Assembly: GCA_030141605.1 (NCBI GenBank)
Contig: JAQGDQ010001835.1
Location: forward strand, 1-23,754
Direction: 5' to 3'
DNA: 23,754 nt
From: Tubiluchus corallicola
Lineage: Eukaryota; Animalia; Priapulida
The position numbers and the translations under genes were made by a program. Numbering within the stretch: the first letter of the stretch is position 1; each line of letters begins with the position of its first letter. Below are positions 1 to 8,845 of the stretch, in pieces. A model generated the notes under the pieces. It saw nothing but the letters and a program-made list of their open reading frames with translations, was not told the origin of the DNA and made no database searches.

Positions 1-95
1 GCACGCTTGCAGCGCGTTGCTACAACCTTACATGCAAAGTATGTGCACTCTTAAGGGCACTTGAAAGACTAAATTTTGATTACAAGTCAGATCCG

Positions 96-334
96 TACAA
101 TAAAAATATTATTGCGTACAATATAGAATACCTGTACAGAATACAATAAAATATTATTGAGTACAATACAGAATACCTGTACAGAATACAATAAAAATAT
201 TATTGCGTACAATATAGAACACCTGTACAGAATACAATAAAAATATTATTGAGTACAATACAGAATACCTGTACAGAATACAATAAAAATATTATTGCGT
301 ACAATATAGAACACCTGTACAGAATACAATAAAA
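96..334. repeat. ~46-bp minisatellite, ~5 copies (duplicate of the 6193-6444 array)
   Basis: Unit tacaataaaaatattattgcgtacaatatagaatacctgtacagaa recurs at 96, 142, 187, 233, 279. Confidence 0.9.
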
Positions 335-685
335 ATTTCACACTTGCTTTTATTTTATTGTGTAGGCTGATTTTATCTTATGATTGCTGTGTGAAGAGTA
401 ACCTCTGTATTTGTCTTGTAAATCTGTGTAATTTTTCTTTTTCATTGAAACACGTTAACATGGCTGCTTATTTGCAATTTAATTTTAAAACCATCAGTTA
501 AACTTAAATTTTTCAAGCCAGACGTAAAAAAAGTCAGATCAGCATTTAGTGGATTTGAACCTGTAGCATCTGGACAACAAAGCCGTGAGTGTATAGGTCC
601 TTGTGAGGCTGGGTTTAACTAAATCTTTACAGCTCATGGAATAACTAAATTTTACCCTAAATACATTTATAATTTTGATGTTCAG

Positions 686-812
686 AGCGATTTACTACAG
701 TCCTGGAAGAACAACAGAAGACGAGGAAGCAGCGAGAATTGGCAAGGATACGGATGATCAACGCCGACCCGTTTGACATCGAAGCGCAACGACAGATTGC
801 CGAGGAAATCAG
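686..812 (+). pseudogene. DDI1: Duplicated DDI1 exon 3 (partial gene copy, status unknown)
   Basis: Intact AG/GT ends, 127 nt, same peptide as 5704-5830 with four synonymous changes; DDI1 exon 4 does not follow. Confidence 0.75.
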
Positions 813-1075
813 GTTGGATTAAAATTTCTGTAGTCTGTAGTAGCAATTTTTCCTTTTCTACAACATTCTTCCATGCCAGCACTGACAATACAAACTGCCA
901 TGTAAGTCAGTCAGTAAGTCAGTAAGTAGGTAAATAGGCAAAGCCTGAATACTGCCATGTAACTGTGTAAGTCAGTCAGTAAGTCAGTAAGTAGGTAACT
1001 AAGCAAAGCCCGAATACTGCCATGTAACTGTGTTAACTTTCTTTATGCTCATGACGTTTTCCGTTGTTTTTTCAG

Positions 1076-1229
1076 GCCATGGACTTGTTTGATGTTGCTG
1101 AAGACTACGGCTCGTTGCACACGGGACTGTCCCGCATCAAGTGTCCAGTCATGGTCCTGGGCGTCCAGAGCGACATTTTGTTTCCAATATGGCAGCAGAG
1201 AGAGATCGCCAGGGTTCTCCAAGAGTGCG
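1076..1229 (+). pseudogene. Duplicated cys2-like exon (copy of 16338-16491)
   Basis: Same peptide AMDLFD...VLQEC, intact splice sites; the upstream cys2-like exons, including the catalytic Ser exon, are absent from this copy. Confidence 0.8.
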
Positions 1230-1255
1230 GTACGTGGAATGAGAGAGTCATTGTG

Positions 1256-2305
1256 TGCCAGCGCCATCTGTAGTAGTCTGAAACAGCCATGTGAGAGTGA
1301 ACTCACTTTAAACCTTTCAGTGGACTGCTGCATGCTTGCTAGCAGCGCCATCTGTAGCAGTCTGAAGCAGCCATGTGAGAGTGAACTCACTTTAAACCTT
1401 TCAGTGGACTGCTGCATGCTTGCTAGCAGCGCCATCTGTAGCAGTCTGAAGTAGCCATGCGAGAGTGACCTCACTTTACACCTTTCAGTGGACTGCTGCA
1501 TGCATGCCAGTGCCATCTGTAGTAGCCTAAAGCAGCCATGCGAGAGTGAACTCACTTTAAACCTTTCAGTGGACTGCTGCATGCATGCCAGCGCCATCTG
1601 TAGTAGCCTAAAGCAGCCATGCGAGAGTGAACTCACTTTAAACCTTTCAGTGGACTGCTGCATGCATGTCAGTGCCACCTGTAGTAGCCTGAAGCAGCCA
1701 TGCGAGAGTGAACTCACTTTAAACCTTTCAGTGGACTGCTGCATGTATGCCAGTGCCATCTGTAGTAGCTTGAAGCAGCCATGCGAGAGTGAACTCACTT
1801 TAAACCTTTCAGTGGACTGCTACATGCATGCCAGCGCCATCTGTAGTAGTCTGAAGCAGCCATGCGAGAATGAACTCACTTTAAACCTTTCAGCGGACTG
1901 CTACATGCATGCCAGCGCCATCTGTAGTAGTCTGAAGCAGCCATGCGAGAGTGAACTCACTTTAAACCTTTCAGTGGACTGCTGCATGCATGCCAGCGCC
2001 ATCTGTAGTAGTCTGAAGCAGCCATGCGAGAGTGAACTCACTTTAAACCTTTCGGTGGACTGCTGCATGCATGCCAGTGCCATCTGTAGTAGCCTGAAGT
2101 AGCCATGCGAGAGTGAACTCACTTTAAACCTTTCAGTGGGCTGCTGCATGCATGCCAGCGCCATCTGTAGTAGTCTGAAGCAACCATGCACGAGTGAACT
2201 CACTTTAAACCTTTCAGTGGCCTGCTGCATGCATGCCAGCGCCATCTGTAGTAGCCTGAAGCAGCCATGCGAGAGTGAACTCACTTTAAACTTTTCAGTG
2301 GACTG
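1256..2305. repeat. 78-bp tandem array, ~13 copies (first two 81 bp), duplicate copy
   Basis: Unit tgccagcgccatctgtagtagtctgaagcagccatgcgagagtgaactcactttaaacctttcagtggactgctgcatgca; 26-aa periodicity in the ORF track. Confidence 0.97.
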
Positions 2306-2392
2306 ATTGAAGACTTATCAGTTTAAGACAAATGTGTTCATTTTTATTACAGGAAATCAATTTTGATGACCGATGTCCATTTTTTATTACAG

Positions 2393-2484
2393 GAAATCAA
2401 GCCGTGACTTATTACGAACTCAATTCCATATTTGGTCATGACACGTTTCTGCTTGATCTGAACGGTGTTGGAGCTGCCATTAAA
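2393..2484 (+). pseudogene. Duplicated cys2-like exon (copy of 15083-15174)
   Basis: Identical sequence and splice sites; the terminal exon was not included in the duplication. Confidence 0.8.
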
Positions 2485-2640
2485 GTAAGCCACTAGAAAC
2501 TGTTTACAATTTCCATTCTTTTTAGCTTGCTAGTTCTTTGAAAAAAAGTGGCGCTGTTTAATAAATGGCTGTGAAATTGTTTCTTCTTGGCGTCACCAGA
2601 TGGCCCTGCAATTATAAAAAAATTTTGTTTCTCTGCACAG

Positions 2641-3017
2641 AAAAATGACATGAACAAAAAAATCTCAGTACAAAAATTTCAATTTTCACATGTTATGGCA
2701 GATTAGCTATTGGGGAATTGCTTACTGGTGCTGCCACCTGTTGTTAGTCTTAAAAATGATATGAACAAACAATCTCAGTACAAAAATTTCAATTTTCACA
2801 TGTTATGACAGATTAGCTATTGGGGAATTGCTTACTGGTGCTGCCATCTGTTGTTAGTCTTAAAAAGATATGAACAACAAAATCTCGGTACAAAAATTTC
2901 AACTTTCACATGTTATGGCAGATTAGCTATTGGGGTATTGCTTACTGGTGCTGCCACCTGTTGTTAGTCTTAAAAAGATATGAACAACAAAATCTCAGTA
3001 CAAAAATTTCAACTTTC
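2641..3017. repeat. 110-bp tandem array, ~3.4 copies, cut by the duplication breakpoint
   Basis: cttactggtgctgcca recurs at 2721, 2831, 2941. Confidence 0.93.
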
Positions 3018-3042
3018 TCATTTACTCTTGAAAAGTATAGTT

Positions 3043-3542
3043 CAGGGGTGTGCAAATTGCGGCCCGCGGGCCACTTGCGGCCCGCCGAGAGAATTTGTGC
3101 GGCCCGCGAAGAGATTTGTCAACCTAATGAAAGTGCGGCCCGGGCGATTAATTGAGTGTATCCAGCTGAAGTCCGTGCCACGATCCCAAAGATAGTGCGG
3201 GTAGTTTTTTCTACTAGATCTGATGCCATTAACCCTTACAAGACGGTTGTAGCTTAATGTCACTGTACTACACAGACTGTGTGATACACATTACTAATAT
3301 GCATTGTAATGAAATTACCACTATCTGTCCTGAAAGTAGAAATATATGGTTTGTAATATAAATTTTAATAACTTCTAAAATAGTTTCTCGAGTGTAGTAG
3401 TAATGATGTACGCAGATCGGATGCAACAAAATCGTTATTAGGCCTTTCTGTACTTGGCTCCTTCATCAAACTGCCTGTGGCCTGCAGGAATTGCGGGAAA
3501 GTTTAATGTGGCCCGGCTAGTCAGATAATTTGCACACCCCTG
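3043..3542. mobile_element. Non-autonomous hAT (Charlie-like) MITE, 500 bp
   Basis: Perfect 16-bp TIR CAGGGGTGTGCAAATT...AATTTGCACACCCCTG; subterminal GCGGCCCG repeats; homologous to 8093-8524 in opposite orientation; no TSD. Confidence 0.85.
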
Positions 3543-3874
3543 GGCTACAGTCTAGGGACCTCTACCAGCTGAGAGGCGTGAAGGAGGTTAAGCAAAATTG
3601 ATTTATTGTGAAAAGTTACAGTGTAAATACATAGATTTATAGACAAGAGACCGCGGGTGAATAAAAGTCAATTAATACTAGTAGCATTATATTTTACGAT
3701 GTAGATTAATTTGTAGTTAGTACGTATTATATTTAATATTTCAAAAATGTATTCAAATATCACATATCAGAATATCTCTTCTCTCTGTTCTGTTAGATTT
3801 TTTGTTGGGGGTGGGGGTGTTAGGGCTCACAGTATCTGTAGCTCAGGGACCTAGAAGATCAAAATCTGGCCCTG
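3538..3874. mobile_element. Probable second hAT-like non-autonomous element with truncated left end
   Basis: Right end ...aaaatctggccctg (CAGGGCC-type terminus); ctgtagctcaggg at 3836-3848 is inverted relative to ccctgggctacag at 3538-3550. Confidence 0.45.
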
Positions 3875-3930
3875 TCCCCCCGTTGACACACCTCTAATGG
3901 CTTATAGATAAAATTTCAAAATCTGAAATG

Positions 3931-3995
3931 TCTCTGTGATGTAGTAGCTAGCACAGCTGCCTGGAAATCAAAAGTCCTGGGTTCGACTCCCGTCA
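3931..3995 (+). mobile_element. tRNA-derived SINE-like head or tRNA pseudogene fragment
   Basis: A-box-like tgatgtagtagc and B-box GGTTCGACTCC (3980-3990) at tRNA-like spacing, followed by a T run; no convincing cloverleaf. Confidence 0.45.
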
Positions 3996-4051
3996 ATTCA
4001 TTTTTTTTTACATTAATTCATTACAAATTTTGCCGCAATGTAAGACTTCAC

Positions 4052-4180
4052 CTATGTGAACCCGCCCGATGATTTTTTGCGTTCCCACACCTTTTGCAAT
4101 CCCCGCCCACCGAGTATCGACTAACCTCATGATGTTGCATCGTTCTGCACAAGCCTGACTCATTATTGTAGTTTGTGCTC
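4052..4180 (-). CDS. DDI1: DDI1/DDI2 homolog, coding exon 5 (protease domain); last exon found in the window
   Basis: Acceptor ttttttctag, donor G|GTGAAG; [43 protein letters not shown] completes the DSGA motif; 129 nt. Exons 1-5 splice into an open frame of 295 codons. Confidence 0.95.
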
Positions 4181-5223
4181 CTAGAAAAAAACAGAAAAAA
4201 ATTGAACAAGCAGGGAATGGAACTCTTGCGATAAAGAAATAAAAAAATGCTAAAAACCAGCGTGGCGTTTTAACCAATAGGCTAACTAGGCCGTTTTTTG
4301 CAAAACTTATACGTCTGAGATCTGAAGAACGGGAACGGGCCGAGGGCGGTGCTGGCTATGGATAGATAGCCCGTTCAGCGGTGGGTGTCATAGGCATATT
4401 TAGAATTCGCGAGAGGGCCACGGCGTCCCGCAACGGGCGTTTTCCCGGAATCAACTCCCGATTTTTTTTGGAAATTTTGACCAAACAGCTTGCAGAAAAA
4501 ATGTTCTAGCGGCGCTTGGTGGGACTCTCGAAAGGAGATATATAGCTCTTTAGAAAGAGGAAGAACAGGGCTACATGATGGTGTGGGCTATATTTTAGGA
4601 CACGTCCACTGAGAGGAGTGCCGACGAGTTAACTAGATGTTCTATTTTTGGCAATTTTCGCTTAGAAAACTGCTGACGCAAAGCCATTGTTGTGACGTCA
4701 TCCATTGTACTCTGCCTATAACTTTATGCCTAGGGTGCCAAAGTTCGAGGGGGGGTCGCATTTTAGAAAAAATTCTTATTCTCCTCGGAAAATGTGTATA
4801 CTTTCATTATCATATAAAGGATGGCATTTCTTCGTAACACACCACAGGAAGTTACTGAGCTCCGATTCTATATAAGTGCCGCATAACGAACAGGTGCAAG
4901 GTGTTACACAACAAGCCGGGAACGGAACTTTCGCAATAACAAAATTAAAAAATGTTAGAAATCGGTCACCTTCCGAATATTGGGAACATAAATCAAACAA
5001 CCTTGAAAGAGTCGGATTTTAAAATGAAGCATAAAGTGTTGATTAAGAAAATTGACATAAAAAGCAAGACTCTAGGCAGCTTGAAGCCATAGTCACCGCC
5101 GTGGCTTCAACAAACAGGTGCAACACTTAAAAGTGTCACAAAATGCATGGATACCGGCAAACACAAACTCGCTACATGCCATTTGAAAAAAAAATAAAAA
5201 ATGTGTCAAACTAAAACACTAAC

Positions 5224-5351
5224 CCGAATCGACGAACGCTTTTACCGGATTACCGTTAACGTGGCAGTCTATGTACAGCATTATCACCTGTCCGAAGCTC
5301 TCCGGAGCGTGCTCGATGGCCTGCTCCATGTTCGATTCCACGTTTTTTAAC
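5224..5351 (-). CDS. DDI1: DDI1/DDI2 homolog, coding exon 4 (start of retroviral-like aspartyl protease domain, catalytic Asp)
   Basis: Acceptor gcttag, donor G|GTTAGT; [43 protein letters not shown]; 128 nt, phase 2 to 1. Confidence 0.95.
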
Positions 5352-5703
5352 CTAAGCACAAAATGCTGAATAAGAAATGATATAATCTGGGCTGGAAATC
5401 GCCAAAATAATGCTTAATTAAGTAAAGCAACTGAAGTTACTGAACTGACGTGGCAAACAGCCTTGCTTTACCCAAATGTCATGTTACACTTGTAGCTAAG
5501 ATGCGTTGCTGTGGTACACTCGACCTTTGACCTACACTAACTGTGCGCTTACACTTAAGCTACATTAATGGCGCATAACTGCAAGGTTCCTGTCCTACCT
5601 CACCTCTTTGCTGACATGCAGTTTGTATTGTAGTGCTGGCATGGAAGAATGTTGTAAGAAAAGGAAAAATTGCTACTACAGACTACAGAAATTTTAATCC
5701 AAC

Positions 5704-5830
5704 CTGATTTCCTCGGCAATCTGTCGTTGCGCTTCGATGTCGAACGGGTCCGCGTTGATCATCCGTATCCTTGCCAATTCTCTCTGCTTCCTCGTCTTCT
5801 GCTGTTCTTCCAGGACTGTAGTAAATCGCT
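5704..5830 (-). CDS. DDI1: DDI1/DDI2 homolog, coding exon 3 (HDD domain)
   Basis: Acceptor gttcag, donor AG|GTTGGA; QRFTTVLEEQQKTRKQRELARIRMINADPFDIEAQRQIAEEIR contains the Ddi1 ADPFDxEAQ motif; 127 nt, phase 1 to 2. Confidence 0.93.
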
Positions 5831-6192
5831 CTGAACATCAAAATTAAAAATTTAATAAGGGTAAAATTTAATTATTCCACGAGCTGTAAAGATTTAGTTA
5901 AACCCGCCCTCACAAGGACCTATACACTCACGGATTTGTTGTCCAGATGCTACAGGTTCAAATCCACTAAATGCTGATCTGACTTTTTTTACGTCTGGCT
6001 TGAAAAATTTGATAGCTGTAAGTTTAACTGATGGTTTTAAAATTAAATTGCAAATAAGCAGCCATGTTAACGTGTTTCAATGAAAAAGAAAAATTACACC
6101 GATTTACAAGACAAATACAGAGGTTACTCTTCACACAGCAATTATAAGATAAAATCAGTCTACACAATAAAATAAAACCAAGTGTGAAATTT

Positions 6193-6444
6193 ATATTGTA
6201 TTCTGTACAGGTGTTCTATATTGTACGCAATAATATTTTTATTGTATTCTGTACAGGTATTCTGTATTGTATATTCTATAATAGTGTATACTCTATGTTT
6301 TATTGTATTCTGTACAGGTATTCTATATTGTACGCAATAATATTTTTATTGTATTCTGTACAGGTATTCTGTATTGTACTCAATAATATTTTATTGTATT
6401 CTGTACAGGTATTCTATATTGTACGCAATAATATTTTTATTGTA
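6193..6444. repeat. ~46-bp minisatellite in DDI1 intron 2
   Basis: Recurrent ttattgtattctgtacaggtattct; one irregular unit near 6270-6300 not present in the 96-334 copy. Confidence 0.9.
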
Positions 6445-6688
6445 CGGATCTGACTTGTAATCAAAATTTAGTCTTTCAAGTGCCCTTAAGAGTGCACATA
6501 CTTTGCATGTAAGGTTGTAGCAACGCGCTGCAAGCGTGCTTACACACGAACAAACGGGCAAACCTGACTTTTTCCCGAATGACCACTTCTTTCTCCAGCA
6601 GTACAGTGACCACCACATTGACCAGAATTACATTTTAAAGCCTGGAAACTGTGGCAGCCTCAATTCTGTTAACTTTTGTGGTTGACAT

Positions 6689-6948
6689 GTAACTATGTCA
6701 GTTATTGGTCAACGATCATTTTCGTGTTGCCATGGATACAGTAACTATGTCAGTTATTAGTCAACGACCATTTTCATGTTGCCACGGATACAGTAACTAT
6801 GTCAGTTATTAGTCAACGACCATTTTCATGTTGCCACGGATACAGTAACTATGTCAGTTATTAATCAACGATCATTTTCATGTTGCCATGGATACAGTAA
6901 CTATGTCAGTTATTAGTCAACGATCATTTTCATGTTTCCATGGAAACA
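6689..6948. repeat. 52-bp minisatellite, ~5 copies, next to the DDI1 exon 2 donor
   Basis: gtaactatgtcagttatt recurs at 6689, 6741, 6793, 6845, 6897. Confidence 0.93.
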
Positions 6949-6961
6949 TAGATAAACTTAC

Positions 6962-7210
6962 GCAAATCTCCGCTTAAAAGTGCCTCTGCCAAACGCGGAT
7001 TATTTTCTTTCAACAAAGACAGATCGTGCGGACTGTTCAGAAACATTTGCCGTAGCTGTTCCGGTGACGGCTCCTGTGGCTGCTCCTGCTGATGCTGACG
7101 CATGGCTGACTCATCAGACGTCCGCGGTTGACTATCTTGATGCGTGGATTGATTGCTGCTGCCACCTGGTACTTGGATGTTGCTAAAGTCTATACTCATG
7201 CTAGGCAAAG
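6962..7210 (-). CDS. DDI1: DDI1/DDI2 homolog, coding exon 2 (linker and start of helical HDD domain)
   Basis: Acceptor ttatttcag, donor C|GTAAGT; encodes ALPSMSIDFSNIQVP...LRQMFLNSPHDLSLLKENNPRLAEALLSGDL; 249 nt, phase 1 to 1. Confidence 0.92.
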
Positions 7211-7328
7211 CTGAAATAATTGAAGAAAGTTAACACCAGATGTCACTGGCACTTGGATGTTGCTAAAGTCTATACTCATGCTAGGCAAAGCTGAAATAAT
7301 TGCAGAAAGTTAACACCAGATGTCACTG
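7166..7328. repeat. 80-bp tandem duplication spanning the DDI1 exon 2 acceptor
   Basis: 7166-7248 repeated at 7246-7328 with two mismatches. Confidence 0.92.
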
Positions 7329-7669
7329 CAAATGAAAGTGTAGAATTTGCACAGAACAAGAGTGAACTATCCTCACTTATACAATTATTGTAGGTGCACA
7401 ATCTGCCTGTTTGTCAACAAGTGTGAACAAGGTAAGCCATACTGCACCTAGTGAGTAGATAAATAAGTGACCATTAGGAAAACCAATATTGAACAATTTC
7501 ATCTGCCACACTGACAGATCGTCAATAGCTTGAGCTAAGTTTCGGTGCTGGCACACTCATTAGCAGTAGGCACCGCATTAAGTTCCTATTTAAGCACTCG
7601 GATACTAAAGGATGTAGTATGCTAACCTGCATTAAAAAGCTTTTTTCATTGTCCTACAAAAGATTGTTA

Positions 7670-8845
7670 CAGTAATTCCTCGTTTAATGTCTCCCCCTTA
7701 GCGATGCTTCATTTTAGTGATGCTGAAGATCTAACACCCTTTTCACACTTAAGAACTCACAACAACGATTTTTTTAATTTCGAAACACAACGATTTTTTA
7801 GTTTATCAACAAATTTTTACCTAATTCGAAGCATTTAAAAGGTACATGTTGCCTTATTTTGTCTAGAAATGCATTAATGACCTAAACAGTGCAATTATTA
7901 CGATGTCTTTGCTTACCGACAGACAAAGTTTTAAATTCTAGTGGTTCGTGTCAAGTGATATCTGTTTGCTGACTTATATGCATCCAGACACTTGAGTTTA
8001 AATTTTACGCCAAGGAATTTGGCATGTAACCTGTTGCTATAACAACCAGATTAGTACTATATGAAATTATCTCAAGGTCGCTCCATGTAAGGTAGGGGTG
8101 TGCAAATTATCTGACTAGCCGGGCCATATTAAACATTCCCGTAATTCCTGCAGGCCACATGCAGTTTGGTCAAGGAGCCAAGTACAATAGGACCTAATAA
8201 CAATTTTTATATCATCTGATCTGTCACATCATTACTACTGCACTACTACACTCAAAAAACTATTTTAGAAATTATTAAAATTTATATTAAAAACCAAATA
8301 TTTCGTCATGTCCGACAGTGACATTAAGTGACAATGGGGTGTAACGGTTAATGCCATCCGATTTAGAGGAAAAAACTACCCGCACTATTTTTGCGATATT
8401 GGCGCAGATTTCAGCTAGATCGCGTGGGCCGCACTTTCATTACGTTGGCAAACCTCTTCGCGGGCCGCACAAGATCCCTCGGCGGGCCGCAAGTGGTCCG
8501 CGGGCCGCAGTTTGCACACCCCTGATGCAAGGTTATGGCTCTCACTACTCAGTGTTTAACTGGTAACAGCCTATATCTAAGCTTCAACATTAAAGAAAAT
8601 GAGCGGCTGATAGCAATTCTAGCAAGATAGTGGTAAGAAAGATGGGTGGTTTCAAGCAAACAGGAAGACATTATTCAGTAAAAATATGAATAAAACTTAT
8701 TAAAACTCATATGATTTAAGCAGCGTTGATTTTTATCTGCCCAACATATCTCAATTCCTTTAAATTACATCCTGTGGAACTCTTGCTTTCGCTCAACATC
8801 ACGTTTTGCTGAAACACATTAGCGTCGTTAAGCGAGGATGTACAC
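7670..8845. mobile_element. Possible decayed pogo/Tigger-like element hosting the hAT MITE
   Basis: Left TA|CAGTAATTCCTCGTTTAATG; right cgttaagcgagga (8826-8838) is the inverted counterpart; outer right end degraded. Confidence 0.4.
8093..8524. mobile_element. Non-autonomous hAT (Charlie-like) MITE, 432 bp, in DDI1 intron 1
   Basis: TIR TAGGGGTGTGCAAA...TTTGCACACCCCTG; 8-bp TSD ATGTAAGG (8085-8092) / ATGCAAGG (8525-8532); CGGGCCGC subterminal repeats. Confidence 0.9.

Larger units (their letters stand above)
1..898 (+). repeat. Inverted duplicate of DDI1 intron 2/exon 3/intron 3 (mirror of 5618-6539); probably continues left of the window
   Basis: Position 1 pairs with 6539; collinear reverse complement with scattered substitutions and small indels, e.g. 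9 bp near 6011-6019 absent from the copy. Confidence 0.95.
894..3017 (+). repeat. Near-identical inverted duplicate of cys2-like segment 14550-16673
   Basis: Paired coordinates sum to 17567 throughout (no indels seen); mirrored ORF-track entries; only two mismatches seen (1132, 1165). Confidence 0.97.

Noticed and set aside
686-1229. In-frame DDI1-Cys2 fusion enzyme
   Set aside because: DDI1 exon 3 ends in phase 2 and the cys2-like exon starts in phase 0; the catalytic Ser exon is also absent, so no active fusion enzyme is encoded.
1049-2284. Long Cys/Met-rich repetitive ORFs on both strands (249, 204, 127 aa) and their mirrors at 15283-16518
   Set aside because: They arise from a 78/81-bp unit divisible by three inside a GT-AG intron; several rely on non-ATG starts and variant units introduce stops. 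No evidence of a real protein.
2910-3263. Short ORFs over the 110-bp array and hAT MITE (also 8351-8566, 4637-5000, 6184-6618)
   Set aside because: They overlap non-coding repeats or introns and show no recognisable protein motifs.
3931-3995. Functional tRNA gene (also B-box-like motifs near 5955-5965 and 13975-13985)
   Set aside because: Pol III box-like motifs only; I could not fold acceptor and anticodon stems. tRNAscan-SE would settle it.
4270-4632. piggyBac-type element between two TTAA sites
   Set aside because: The sequences inside the TTAA sites do not form convincing terminal inverted repeats.
4052-5351. DSG aspartyl protease as part of an LTR retrotransposon or retrovirus
   Set aside because: The motif is split by spliceosomal introns and preceded by UBL and HDD exons, which is the cellular DDI1/DDI2 architecture.
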